A stretch of 64,000 nucleotides of DNA, from contig CAYMIG010000004.1 in the NCBI GenBank assembly GCA_964390635.1, positions 69,439-133,438 of the forward strand, in the 5' to 3' direction. Each line of letters opens with the position of its first letter. Position 1 is the first letter of the stretch. Both the position numbers and the translations under genes were made by a program. The notes beneath the pieces were generated by a model, which was given only the letters and a program-made list of their open reading frames with translations, was not told where the DNA came from and searched no databases. The stretch comes from an uncultured Vampirovibrionales bacterium (GTDB lineage: Bacteria > Cyanobacteriota > Vampirovibrionia > Vampirovibrionales > Vampirovibrionaceae). Below, one piece after another: positions 9,504 through 19,054 of the stretch.

Positions 9504-10610
9504 CTAGATTTTTTGCCGAAAGGCCTGGGCATAGCCGGTCATTTCCACGTAGGCCGACCCTGCCACCGGCTGGCCCCGGTGGGTGCCGCTCACCCGGCAG
9601 CTGCCCTCCCAGTAAACCACCCCGGTGGAGCGCTGGGTGGCCAGTTCCTGATCCTCCAGCGCCGGCGTGACGGTCAGTTCCAGTTGCTCGGCAGGGATGG
9701 CAATGCGCCAGCCCATGGGGTAGCGGGCCCCGCTGTGGGGGCTTTTCCACTGCCGTCCGGTGGGAGTGACCCGCAGATCAGCGAACTTCAGGTGGCGGCT
9801 TTGCCCCCCGGGCCCAATCAGGGTGCCGCTGGAGTGGGGATCCAGCGAGCCGTCCCGGCGGCGCAGCAGGTAAATCATGACTTCATGATTATCGTCCAGC
9901 TGCAGGCTGAACCAGTCCCAACCCACCTGATCGGCACTCAGCTGGTTGCTGCCGAACTCATGATCCATCCAGCTCAGCCCGCTAACCCGCTGGGCCTGCC
10001 CGTCCAGGATCAAAAACCCCTCGGTGGCCAGCCGGGTCAGGGAGTAGTAATGGGAGGCGCAGCCGGTGCAGCCGGCCTTCTGGCTAACCCCGTTTTCCCC
10101 GTGGATGGCCGGCGGCTTCTGGGGTGTGAGCAGCAGGTGCAGTTCCGGGGCCTGCTCGGTGCCCCGGAAGCCGGCCTCCAGCACGTGGCGGTCTCCCAGC
10201 AACTGGGCCGACCACAGCTCGTTCCACACGTAGTAGACATCCTGCCGGGCCCCGGCCACCGACCAGGCTCCCCGGTTCAGCTTTTCCTCGAACCGAAACG
10301 TGCGACCCGCTTCATCGGTCAGGGCCAGGTGGGCGGCATACCCCTGGGCGGGCGGCTCATGCCCTTCGGGGGGTTGCCCGATGCGGAAAAACGTCAGCTC
10401 ATACCCATAAGTCCGCCCGGCATCGGTTTTCAGGTGGCCAGTATAATACCACCACTCGGTCTTGTAATCCTGATGGGCGGCATGATCCCGGGGGAAGGTG
10501 TACTGGTAGCCGGGCAGGGCTTGCCGGAAGGGGGTTGCCAGCACCAGGGGAACCATCACTACCACCGCCAGGCCCGTCAGCCAGGGTTTCAGACGCGCAT
10601 GCATGGGCAT
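9504..10610 (-). CDS. AttH-like / hydroxyneurosporene-synthase-like lipocalin-fold secreted protein
   Basis: Signal-like N-terminus, then YQYTFPRDHAAHQDYKTEWWYYTGHL and SWMDHEF, typical of the AttH/CrtC-like family. Lies directly downstream of a MacB/FtsX ABC pair, as in att-type clusters. Confidence 0.8.
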   Translation of the reverse strand: MPMHARLKPWLTGLAVVVMVPLVLATPFRQALPGYQYTFPRDHAAHQDYKTEWWYYTGHLKTDAGRTYGYELTFFRIGQPPEGHEPPAQGYAAHLALTDEAGRTFRFEEKLNRGAWSVAGARQDVYYVWNELWSAQLLGDRHVLEAGFRGTEQAPELHLLLTPQKPPAIHGENGVSQKAGCTGCASHYYSLTRLATEGFLILDGQAQRVSGLSWMDHEFGSNQLSADQVGWDWFSLQLDDNHEVMIYLLRRRDGSLDPHSSGTLIGPGGQSRHLKFADLRVTPTGRQWKSPHSGARYPMGWRIAIPAEQLELTVTPALEDQELATQRSTGVVYWEGSCRVSGTHRGQPVAGSAYVEMTGYAQAFRQKI

Positions 10611-10617
10611 TCTCCTT

Positions 10618-13185
10618 TCATTCGGCCCGCACCACTTCGGGGGCCGGAGTGCGGGCGGCCAGCCGAGCCGGCACCAGCCCGGAGAGTACCGCGGTGCCCA
10701 TCACCAGCAGGAAGGACTGGAGCAGAAAGGCCACTGGCACCGAAAACTGGATGGTCCACCCGAAGGACTGCTTATTGATAACGAAAATGAGCAGGAACGA
10801 GAGCAAAAAGCCGATAATCAGCCCGCTGGCGTTGCCAAACAGCCCCAGCAGGGCGGCCTGGGTGAGCACGATGCGCCCGACCTGCCGGTTGCTGGCTCCC
10901 AGGTACTTCAGGATGCCGAAATCCCGGCGGGCTTCCAGCACCAGGGCAAAGAGCGAGTTCATGACCGCCAGCATGGCTACCGCGATGGCAATTACATGCA
11001 AGGCGTAGGTGATGGCAAAGGTGCGATCGAACACCCGCAGCACCTCGGCCCGCAATTCCCGGTTGCTGCGGATGAACAGCTGGCGGGGCGGCTGGCTGCG
11101 GGCCAGGGCGTCCACAATCGCCGCCCGCACGGTCTCGGTGTCCGCGTCCGGCTTCAGGAATACGGCCAGGTTGCTGACGGAGGCGTCGTGGTAGTATGCC
11201 CGGTACCAGGGACGGGGCATCACCACGTAACCCAGGTCGCTGGCGTAGTCATAGTATATGCCCTCCACGGTGAAGGCCCGGGGCCCGCTGGGGGTATCCA
11301 GGCGCATGGTGTCTCCCGCCCGGATGCGGTTGCGGTTGGCGAAGCTTTCGGTCACGATCACCCCGGGGCGGCGCAGGCAGCGTTGCAGGATGGGGGCCAT
11401 GGGCGCCCCGCCCACGAACTGCAGGTTGCCGTAGCGGGCCAGCACCGCAAAGTCGCCCACCCCCAGGCGGGCGGGGTTGCCCTGGTATTCAATGGGGAAT
11501 TCATAGAATCGGTCCAGGGCGGCAATGCCCGGCACGCTCCGAAGCAGGGCCACGGTCTCCGGGCTGATGCGGCCGGTCTGCTTGCTGTCCTGCCGGGCCA
11601 CCGGGTCAATCCACAGGTCGGCCTTCAGGGTCTGGTTCACCCACAGGTTCACGGTCTCCCGGAAGCTGCCGATCATCACCGCCAGGCTAATCATCATGGC
11701 AATGCCAATCATCAGGCTGGCCACCGCCACGGCGGTACGTCCCAGGGCGCCCCGCAAAAAGAGACCGGCCATGCGTCCTTCCACCCCGCCCAAGGCTTGC
11801 AGCCCAGGCAGCATAGCGCTTAGCAGGGCTTTTAGCGTCCGGGGCATCACAAACGCACCGGCCAGGATCAGCAGCAAGGCCGACACAAAGCCGAATACCG
11901 GCAGATCGCCCACCGGGGGCTGCAAGGCCGCCCAGCCCGCCAGCCCGGCACAGGCCAGTCCCGCCATGGCCAGCCGTCCCGAGTAGCGTTCGATGCGCGT
12001 TTCGTAGGAAGCCCGCCGGCTGGCTTCCGCGGGGGCCACGTGGGTGGCTTCCAAAATGGGGGCTAGCGCCCCGAGCAGGGTCATCAGCAACCCGAACACC
12101 CCCGCCTGCACCAGCAGCCATGGGTTCAGGGGAAAGCCGGACAGCACCTGCCCGGTGTACAGGGCGGCCACGGTGGCGGACACCGCCCGGGAAGCCCCAT
12201 GGGCCAGCATGACTCCCAGGCCCAGCCCCAGGGCCGTACCAGCCACGCCCATCAGCAGGGCCTCCCCCAGGAACAGGGTGAAAACCTGTCCTCGCGAAAA
12301 GCCGATGGCCCGTAAGGTACCAATTTCCGGGCGGCGGCGGATGATGGTGATGGACATGGTGTTGTAGATAAGGAACACCCCCACCAGCATGGCGATAAAA
12401 CTGAGCGTGGTCAGGTTGTAGCGGTAGGCCCGCAGCATCTTGTCCACCTGTTGGCTGCGGCGCTGGGAACGCTGGGCGCCCAGCCCGGCGGGAAGCTCCT
12501 GGGTCAGCTTGCGCAGGGCCGGTTCGGCCAGGGGTTCGGGCACTTGCAGGTTCACGGCGCTCAGCTGGCCGATCATGCCAAACAGGCCTTGGGCGTTGGG
12601 TAGGTCCATCAGCAGGACGTTGCCGCTGTAGGCCCCGCCCAGCCCCTTGTCCGAGAGCACCCCGGCCACGGTGAGGCGCACCGGGTGGTCGTTGACAAAC
12701 AGCTCGAACCGGTCGCCGGGGGCCAGGCGGTATCGGTGGGCCAGCCCGGAGCCCACCAAGGCATGCCCGGGTTTCAGGATGGCCAGGGGATCCGGCAGCC
12801 GGCGCTCAAAGTCCAGGGACTCCCAGCGCCCGCCAAAGTCGGAGAGCATGTTGAAACCCAGCACCTGCACCACCTCCCGGCTGGCTGGCCACAGGGCGGT
12901 CTGCTCAATGACCGGGGCAAATTGCCCCCCAATCCGCCAGACCCAGCGCATCTGCCGGATTGCCCCTTCCGGCATGGCGGCCCCTTGCATCGGGCGTACG
13001 GTTAGGTTGCTTTGCCCGGCCACCCGATCCAGGCTGTCCCGGAAATTGGCCAGCGCCATGTCGTTTGCCAGGGTGATGGCCAGCAGGATAGCCACCCCCA
13101 GGGCAATTCCCAGCACGGTGAGGGCGGTGCGCAGCCGGTTTTGGGTCAGGTTGCGCCAGGCAATGCGAAAGTCCCAGCCGGTCAT
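10618..13185 (-). CDS. ABC transporter permease, duplicated FtsX/MacB-type (855 aa)
   Basis: Two FtsX-like 4-TM modules, each preceded by a large extracytoplasmic domain. N-terminus FRIAWRNLTQNRLRTALTVLGIALGVA. 4-nt overlap with the upstream ATPase gene. Confidence 0.9.
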   Translation of the reverse strand: MTGWDFRIAWRNLTQNRLRTALTVLGIALGVAILLAITLANDMALANFRDSLDRVAGQSNLTVRPMQGAAMPEGAIRQMRWVWRIGGQFAPVIEQTALWPASREVVQVLGFNMLSDFGGRWESLDFERRLPDPLAILKPGHALVGSGLAHRYRLAPGDRFELFVNDHPVRLTVAGVLSDKGLGGAYSGNVLLMDLPNAQGLFGMIGQLSAVNLQVPEPLAEPALRKLTQELPAGLGAQRSQRRSQQVDKMLRAYRYNLTTLSFIAMLVGVFLIYNTMSITIIRRRPEIGTLRAIGFSRGQVFTLFLGEALLMGVAGTALGLGLGVMLAHGASRAVSATVAALYTGQVLSGFPLNPWLLVQAGVFGLLMTLLGALAPILEATHVAPAEASRRASYETRIERYSGRLAMAGLACAGLAGWAALQPPVGDLPVFGFVSALLLILAGAFVMPRTLKALLSAMLPGLQALGGVEGRMAGLFLRGALGRTAVAVASLMIGIAMMISLAVMIGSFRETVNLWVNQTLKADLWIDPVARQDSKQTGRISPETVALLRSVPGIAALDRFYEFPIEYQGNPARLGVGDFAVLARYGNLQFVGGAPMAPILQRCLRRPGVIVTESFANRNRIRAGDTMRLDTPSGPRAFTVEGIYYDYASDLGYVVMPRPWYRAYYHDASVSNLAVFLKPDADTETVRAAIVDALARSQPPRQLFIRSNRELRAEVLRVFDRTFAITYALHVIAIAVAMLAVMNSLFALVLEARRDFGILKYLGASNRQVGRIVLTQAALLGLFGNASGLIIGFLLSFLLIFVINKQSFGWTIQFSVPVAFLLQSFLLVMGTAVLSGLVPARLAARTPAPEVVRAE

Positions 13186-13868
13186 GGCAGACGGCTTTCC
13201 GCCAGCACCTTGCCATCCCGCATGCGGATGGTGCGATCCGCCGTGGCCGCGGCTTCTTGGCTATGGGTGGCCATTACCACCGTCTGCCCGTGGTTTCGGC
13301 AAAGCGCCGAGAGCAGGGCCAATACGCTGTGCCCGTTTTCGCTGTCCAGGTTGCCGGTGGGCTCGTCGGCCAGAATCAGGGCGGGTTGGTGCACCAGGGC
13401 CCGGGCGATGGCCACCCGCTGCATCTCTCCCCCGGACAGCTGGGCGGGGTAAAAATCGGCCCGGTGGCTCATGCCCACCTGGGCCAGCATGGCGGCCACC
13501 GCCTGATTTCGGGCATCTGGGGTGTATTGGGGGGACAGGGCCAGGGGCAGGGCCACGTTTTCGCTCACCGTCAGGGTATTGAGCAGGTTGAAAAACTGGA
13601 ACACAAAGCCTAGCCGGGTACGGCGCAGGCGGGTGCGTTCGGCCTCGCCGGCGGCAAAGGGATCCACCCCGTCCAGCAGCACCTGGCCTTCGGTGGGGGT
13701 GTCGATGGTGCCCAAAATGTTCAGCAAGGTGCTCTTGCCGCAGCCGGAAGGGCCCATCAGCGCCACGAACTCTCCGGCCCCGATATCCAGGGACACGTGA
13801 TCCAGGGCCAGCACCTGGTGCTCGCCGTAGCGTTTGCAAAGGTCGATGACTTGGATGCGGGAGGCCAT
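13182..13868 (-). CDS. ABC transporter ATP-binding protein (LolD/MacB class)
   Basis: Walker A GPSGCGKST, signature LSGGEMQRVAIARAL, Walker B LILADEPTGNLD. Confidence 0.95.
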   Translation of the reverse strand: MASRIQVIDLCKRYGEHQVLALDHVSLDIGAGEFVALMGPSGCGKSTLLNILGTIDTPTEGQVLLDGVDPFAAGEAERTRLRRTRLGFVFQFFNLLNTLTVSENVALPLALSPQYTPDARNQAVAAMLAQVGMSHRADFYPAQLSGGEMQRVAIARALVHQPALILADEPTGNLDSENGHSVLALLSALCRNHGQTVVMATHSQEAAATADRTIRMRDGKVLAESRLP

Positions 13869-13877
13869 GCCCCTACC

Positions 13878-14366
13878 TTAGCACGAGGGGGGCGCGGCGT
13901 CGTGCAGCAGGGCCAGCGCCTGCCGGATGTGGGCCTGGGCGTCCAGGGCCCCGGAAAATACCAGCCGGATGATGCCTTCCGGGTCGATGACGTAGGTGGT
14001 TCTTCCCGGCAGCCAAAACAGGAAGGGGGGCACCCCGAAGCACCGGCGGGCCTCATTGCCCGGATCGCTGTAGAGCGCAAACGGCAACTGGTGCTGGCTG
14101 GCGAAACGGCGGTGGGATTCGGGCGGATCCCCGCTGATGCCGATAACGTCCGCGCCGACGGCCTGGAAGGCGGTGTAATGATCCCGAAAGCCGCAGACTT
14201 CCTCTGTGCAAACCCGGGTATTGTCCCGGGGATAGAAAAAGACCACCAGCCAGCGTCCCGGTTGGCGCAGATCTGCCAGGCGGCAGGCCTGGCCGTCCCC
14301 GTCCCGCAGCATCACGTGTTCGGGCAGCCGATCGCCCACCTGCAGCGGGGGCATGCTAACCCCCAA
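13878..14366 (-). CDS. bcp: peroxiredoxin (Bcp / AhpC-TSA family)
   Basis: VVFFYPRDNTRVCTEEVCGFRD contains the peroxidatic Cys motif (PxxxTxxC). Length is typical for the family. Confidence 0.88.
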   Translation of the reverse strand: MGVSMPPLQVGDRLPEHVMLRDGDGQACRLADLRQPGRWLVVFFYPRDNTRVCTEEVCGFRDHYTAFQAVGADVIGISGDPPESHRRFASQHQLPFALYSDPGNEARRCFGVPPFLFWLPGRTTYVIDPEGIIRLVFSGALDAQAHIRQALALLHDAAPPSC

Positions 14367-14928
14367 AACGCTTTATGGTGCGCTTCAGCAGGATCCGCTT
14401 CAGGTCGTCCAGAAACCACAGATCCCAGGGCACCACCCGGCGGGCGGTTTCCTCCAGGTTGGCGTCCCATTCGGCTTCCACCTGGCGTTTGACCGCCTGC
14501 ATGCGGGCCTGGATTTCCGGGCTGAGTTCGGGCGGCTCGCTCATGAACTTGCGGATGTACTGGCTGTAGCCCTCCAGCTCCCCGGCATCCAGCCACAGCC
14601 CCTGGCAGTTCGGGCAGCTGTCAAATACAATCCCGGAGCCCAGGTTCCATTCGTAGCGGTGCAGCGGGGTCTGATCCACCGGGCAACAGCGAGGCGCCAC
14701 CGCTTGCAGGCTTTTTTTCACATCCGCCTTTTCAAAGGCCCCGGGAAAGGCGGCGTCAATCCGTTTCAGGCTGTCGCTGCTTTCGACCGCCTCCAGCTCC
14801 CCTTCATCCAGCCAGACCCCGCATCCCTTGCGGCACAAATCGGCTTCCACCCCGTTAAAATCCAGCGGGGATAAGGGGCTGAAACATACCGGGCAGATAC
14901 GGCTGCTGTGATGGTCGGGCTTGCTCAT
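14356..14928 (-). CDS. tandem TFIIB-type zinc-ribbon protein
   Basis: From the internal start MSKPDHHSS. Two repeats: CPVCFSPL...CRKGCGVWLDEGELE and CCPVDQTPL...CPNCQGLWLDAGELE. Confidence 0.6.
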   Translation of the reverse strand: MSKPDHHSSRICPVCFSPLSPLDFNGVEADLCRKGCGVWLDEGELEAVESSDSLKRIDAAFPGAFEKADVKKSLQAVAPRCCPVDQTPLHRYEWNLGSGIVFDSCPNCQGLWLDAGELEGYSQYIRKFMSEPPELSPEIQARMQAVKRQVEAEWDANLEETARRVVPWDLWFLDDLKRILLKRTIKRFGG

Positions 14929-15211
14929 GGCGATATTCCTTGCTTGGGCATAAAACGGTCTGGGCCAGTTGTCGGCTTGGGCGGGCCGATCTTTAAACCG
15001 GGCGCCCATGGCATCCGGTCCCTGTAATCCATTGTAAGGCTTCTAGCACAAGGTGGGGTTGAGGGGTTTTTGTGTTGGTGATTCAATCGGGGCGGGTCAT
15101 GGGATCCGCCGGATGGATCCCTGTGGGTGCCATGTTCCGTAGCCCGTTTTGCAAGCGACCGGATTCGCTTCGGTCTGATGGGGTTTAGCCCGAAAGGCGC
15201 AACAACGCTCA

Positions 15212-15757
15212 ATGAATGTTCCCGCCGTGAACCTTGCTGCCGATCAGCTGATGGCCAGACGCCTGGCTATCGTTTCCCGGCGTTTCAGTTTTTGGGCCCC
15301 GGTGGGCAACGCCGTGTTCGGCCCCTTGCTGCTCAACCAGGAGTACAAACAAAAGGGGCGTCCCGATCATGAGCGGCGCATGCTGGTGTTTCAGGAGGCG
15401 GCCAGCCAGGGGGTGAACCTGCTGGTGCACTGGGCCTCTTTCCTGTTTGGCAGCAAGCTGGCCGAAACCCTTATCAGGCGGCGCTGGCCGGGTGTGGGGC
15501 CTGCCTCGCTGGAGATGGGGGTCACCATTGCCGCCAATGTGGGCAGTTTCCTGGGCATGAGCCTGCTGCGCCCGGTGGTGAGCGCCAAGCTGCTGAACCG
15601 GTTCATGGGGGAAACGGGTCGTCCCTCGGCCCAGGCCGAGCGTCCGGCGTCCCGATTGCTCCCCCTGCCCGGGGAGCCTCCCCTGCGCCGAACCATCCTC
15701 CCCCCGCAAGAAGCTTCCCCAGCCACCCTACCCCCGGCCTTCCCCCCTGTTCGCTAG
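15212..15757 (+). CDS. hypothetical protein
   Basis: 181-aa ORF with one or two hydrophobic segments and a Pro-rich tail. No family recognised; the GC-rich context makes it uncertain. Confidence 0.35.
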   Translation: MNVPAVNLAADQLMARRLAIVSRRFSFWAPVGNAVFGPLLLNQEYKQKGRPDHERRMLVFQEAASQGVNLLVHWASFLFGSKLAETLIRRRWPGVGPASLEMGVTIAANVGSFLGMSLLRPVVSAKLLNRFMGETGRPSAQAERPASRLLPLPGEPPLRRTILPPQEASPATLPPAFPPVR

Positions 15758-15844
15758 CTGCCTGGGCAGGGCGCCCCTGGCCGATGGGGGAATGGTTTTC
15801 CCGTCCTCGGGAGGTTAGCATGGCAAAAACGGGAGGGGCCGCGC

Positions 15845-16258
15845 ATGGGGGCCAACGGGGTCTTGATTGCCATGATGGTGCTGGCCATGGTTTCGTTTGC
15901 CGGCTTGCTGGTGCAGGCTCGCACCCGGGCCGGACGGGCCTGGGCCTTTTTCATGCTGGTGTCGTTCCCACTGGGAGCCTGGCTGTGGCTTTGGCTGCCA
16001 ACGCCGGTGCCCCGGGCCCTTCTGGCGCTTCCCTTGGTGGCCCTGGCGTTGGGGGTGGGCATATGGCTGGCCTGGCAGGAGGGTCGATCTGGCCCCATGC
16101 CGTCCCAGGGCGGGCCGGAAGGGGAGGCCTGGACAACCCAGGAGGCGTTGCAGGGGCCGGCGGGAACCCGGCGGGTACTGGCCCTGTACTTTGGCCTGTT
16201 GCTGGTGGTGGCCCTGGGGATGCTGCTTTTGGCCCTGTGGGCGGGACGCGGGCCCTAG
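15845..16258 (+). CDS. hypothetical small membrane protein (4 predicted TM segments)
   Basis: MGANGVLIAMMVLAMVSFAGLLV..., FFMLVSFPLGAWLWLWL..., LLALPLVALALGVGIWLAW..., LALYFGLLLVVALGMLLLALW. Confidence 0.45.
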   Translation: MGANGVLIAMMVLAMVSFAGLLVQARTRAGRAWAFFMLVSFPLGAWLWLWLPTPVPRALLALPLVALALGVGIWLAWQEGRSGPMPSQGGPEGEAWTTQEALQGPAGTRRVLALYFGLLLVVALGMLLLALWAGRGP

Positions 16259-16264
16259 GGGGCA

Positions 16265-16672
16265 TCAGGGGCGGGTTCGGCCATGGTGTTTTTTCTCCAC
16301 CAGGTTGGCCTGGGCCGTTTTGGCTTCCAGGGCGGCCTCGTTTTCCTCCAGGCTGCCATAGTGGTGGGCGCCTTCCAGGCTGGGGGCGTGGGTGGCCTCC
16401 AGGGGTGGCCCGCCCCCGCTTTCAAAATCGCCCCCGGTGGGGCCGCCCATGCGCCGATCGATACCCGGCCCGGTGGCGTAGCCCGCTTCGGCTGCCCGGT
16501 AGCTGTCGGCCCTTTCCAGGATAGCGGCCAGCTCCTCCGGTGGCAGCAGGGCGGTCTGGGCATCCTGAACCAGGGGGTCACCGTCTTCGGTGCGCTCGGT
16601 TCCGGCGGGGAGCTCGGCCAGATCGGCCCTTTCCAGGCTGTCTTGCACCTTTTTCCTGAGATCGTCCGGCAT
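16265..16672 (-). CDS. hypothetical acidic protein
   Basis: From the internal start MPDDLRKKVQDSLERADLAEL. Acidic, Gly/Pro-rich, no family recognised. Confidence 0.35.
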   Translation of the reverse strand: MPDDLRKKVQDSLERADLAELPAGTERTEDGDPLVQDAQTALLPPEELAAILERADSYRAAEAGYATGPGIDRRMGGPTGGDFESGGGPPLEATHAPSLEGAHHYGSLEENEAALEAKTAQANLVEKKHHGRTRP

Positions 16673-16912
16673 GGCAGGCCCTCCCCGTGGCTGGTGCCAT
16701 TGTGCGCCCTTTTCCGGCGACATGCCATTGGCAGGCTGGGGGATGCCCCCTCCCCGCCTGGCCGGGGCAAACCGCCCGGCCAGGTGCCCCGGCCTGGATA
16801 GGGCCGCCCATGGGCCGGAGCCGTTTCCACGCGTCCTGCCCGGGTGGGGAATATCGCATTTGCCGGGGCGCGGCTACACTGAAACCAGGGATACGCTCAG
16901 GGGAGGGCTTCA

Positions 16913-17125
16913 ATGAGAACCACACTGGTGTTGACGCTGGACGATGAGCTGGCCGCTTTCCTGTACAACCGACCGGGCATGGTGGATCCCAGCGCCATGG
17001 TGAACCGGCTGGTGCGCCAGGCCATGGCCCGGCATCCCGAACAGGCCGCTTCCGGGACGGTGTCGGATGGGGTCTCCGTGGCCATGGAGGCCATGCTGGA
17101 TGAAGACACCCCGGCGGCGGGGTAG
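16913..17125 (+). CDS. small ribbon-helix-helix (CopG/Arc-like) protein
   Basis: MRTTLVLTLDDELAAFLYNRPG...VNRLVRQAMARH fits a beta-strand/helix/helix RHH pattern. Acidic tail. Confidence 0.5.
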   Translation: MRTTLVLTLDDELAAFLYNRPGMVDPSAMVNRLVRQAMARHPEQAASGTVSDGVSVAMEAMLDEDTPAAG

Positions 17126-17157
17126 CGGGCCGCAGGTAAATTGAAAGGACCGGAGCG

Positions 17158-17373
17158 ATGGACCATACCGTTGTCATCATCCTGGACAAAGAGGCGGCAG
17201 ACTTTGTGGCCGGGCAAGCGGAATCGCCCAACGATTACATCTGCCGATTGCTGCGGGAGGAAATGCGCCGGGAGAAAGGCCTGCCGGCCAGCCAGCCTTC
17301 TGCGGCGGAGCTGCTGGAAAGCACCCCCGATACATCCGGCTATCCCGAGATGCAGGGCTCCTGGGGAGAGTAG
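17158..17373 (+). CDS. small ribbon-helix-helix (CopG/Arc-like) protein, paralog of the preceding gene
   Basis: MDHTVVIILDKEAADFVAGQAESPNDYICRLLREEMRRE shows the same RHH pattern. Acidic tail. Confidence 0.5.
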   Translation: MDHTVVIILDKEAADFVAGQAESPNDYICRLLREEMRREKGLPASQPSAAELLESTPDTSGYPEMQGSWGE

Positions 17374-17538
17374 CGCCGGGCGGCCATGCCGGCCCGCCCC
17401 CAGGGCGTTTGGGGCTATCGTTATTTTCAATCGCTGGGGTTTTGGGACGTGAGGTGCCATAATGCCCAGTATCGCCCGCTTCGGCGAAACCCTGCCGCCC
17501 GGGTGGCGGTCAGGCCACCTTGACCAGCATAAAGGAAC

Positions 17539-18285
17539 ATGACGATGTCCATAGGACGCAAAAAAACCAAGGTTTCCGAACCCAAAATCGCCGCCCCTCC
17601 CGCGATTACCCAGGGGGAATACACCCTGCCCACCGGGGATCGTTACCTCAGCCGGCAGCAGGGGCACCGGGAAATTACCGAGGCCCTGCTCTCCCCCTTG
17701 ACCCGCCAGACCGTGGATCGGGGCCAGCAAGCCATGGTGCAACTGGCCGACGAGTTGGCCCGCCCCGATGCCCGGCGCATGGCCGATATCCAGGAGCGCA
17801 GCCAGACCTTCTTCGAGCGCCAGGCCCGAGGCATCCATGAGGAGGCCGACGATCAGGTCATGCGGGCTGCCTCTGACCTGGGAAAGCGGTTTGGAGGCAC
17901 TTATAACGCCACCTTTGGTACCGATCTGCTGGCCCGCTTGGAGCAGAACCGCCTGGAACAACTGGCCGCCGCCCGCCTGGATGCCAGCCTGTACGGGGAA
18001 GACCTGGCTCGGGCCGACGAGGAAAGCCGCATCCAGCGCTTCCAGTTGTTCCAGAACTACCTGGGTGATCTCAACAACCAGGCCCAGAACTATGCCGCCC
18101 TGGGCAGCAACCTGCTGCAGGACGAGCGCAACCGGGCCCAGGACCTGGCCGTGATGCGGGCCCAGCTGGCCCAGAACGCCCAGCGCTACAACCAGGAGGC
18201 GGAGTTGACCCGTCGCCAGCAGCGCGCCGACCTGCTGCGGACGGCCATGGCCAACCTGCTGAGCCCCAAACTGCTGGGTATTTAA
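17539..18285 (+). CDS. hypothetical coiled-coil (Gln/Arg/Ala-rich) protein
   Basis: 248-aa ORF with good G/C third-position bias, predicted largely helical. No family recognised. Confidence 0.5.
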   Translation: MTMSIGRKKTKVSEPKIAAPPAITQGEYTLPTGDRYLSRQQGHREITEALLSPLTRQTVDRGQQAMVQLADELARPDARRMADIQERSQTFFERQARGIHEEADDQVMRAASDLGKRFGGTYNATFGTDLLARLEQNRLEQLAAARLDASLYGEDLARADEESRIQRFQLFQNYLGDLNNQAQNYAALGSNLLQDERNRAQDLAVMRAQLAQNAQRYNQEAELTRRQQRADLLRTAMANLLSPKLLGI

Positions 18286-18292
18286 CCGAAAC

Positions 18293-18337
18293 CACCGGCA
18301 ACGGCCGCCCGAAACCCCTGGGTGGCTTTTGCCGGTG
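18293..18337. terminator. long hairpin between convergent genes (putative bidirectional terminator)
   Basis: CACCGGCAA...TTGCCGGTG 9-bp outer stem with an inner GCCGCCC/GGGTGGC stem, lying between the stops at 18285 (+) and 18343 (-). Confidence 0.4.
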
Positions 18338-18342
18338 CCGGA

Positions 18343-19050
18343 TCAGACCAGCCCGTCGCGCAGGGCCTTGACCGCCACCTGGGTGCGGTCGTCCACGGCC
18401 AGCTTGTGGATGATGTTGGCCACATGGGCCTTGGCGGTGTGGTCGGACACGTTCAGGAGCTGGGCGATTTCCTTGTTGCTCTTGCCGTCCACGATGAGAT
18501 TCAGCACTTCTAGCTCCCGGCTGGTCAGCTCGGTGTTGTAGCGTACCCGGGCCTGGGCCGACTTGTCGGGGCTGTCGGAGGCAAGGGGTTCCGGGGCCGG
18601 CATGCTGCCCAGGGGCAGGTTCTGCATGACCATGCGGGCAATGGCCGGATCCAGCCAGATGGCCCCCTCCATGACCATTTCCAGCACCTGGAACAGGCGG
18701 TCAATCTTGATCTCCTTCATGCAATAGGCGTCGGCCCCGGCGGCCATGGCGGCCAGAACCTCCTCGTGGTTGTGGATGGAGGTCAGCATCACCACCTTGG
18801 CGTGGGGCAGGGCTTTCTTGATTTCGCCGGTGGCCTCGATACCGTTCATGACCGGCATGCCGATATCCATCAGCACGATATCCGGCTTCTCGGCCATGGC
18901 CAGCTCCACCCCCTGCCGTCCGTTTTCGGCCTCCCCCACCACCTGGATGCGATCCTGCTGGGAGAGGGCCATGCTGAGCCCGAAGCGGGTCAGCTCGTGG
19001 TCTTCCACAATCAGAATGCGCAGGGTGCCGGTCTGGGCGGGTTGGGTCAT
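18343..19050 (-). CDS. response regulator, NarL/FixJ (LuxR-type HTH) family
   Basis: Receiver domain LRILIVEDHELTRFGL...DIVLMDIGMPVMNG. C-terminal LTSRELEVLNLIVDGKSNKEIAQLLNVSDHTAKAHVANI. Confidence 0.95.
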   Translation of the reverse strand: MTQPAQTGTLRILIVEDHELTRFGLSMALSQQDRIQVVGEAENGRQGVELAMAEKPDIVLMDIGMPVMNGIEATGEIKKALPHAKVVMLTSIHNHEEVLAAMAAGADAYCMKEIKIDRLFQVLEMVMEGAIWLDPAIARMVMQNLPLGSMPAPEPLASDSPDKSAQARVRYNTELTSRELEVLNLIVDGKSNKEIAQLLNVSDHTAKAHVANIIHKLAVDDRTQVAVKALRDGLV

Positions 19051-19054
19051 GGGG

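Noticed and set aside
16897-17961. 354-aa minus-strand ORF spanning the RHH gene pair.
   Set aside because: Low-complexity Gly/Ala/Arg-rich translation. It lies antisense to three plus-strand ORFs that show more protein-like patterns, and no motif was recognised.
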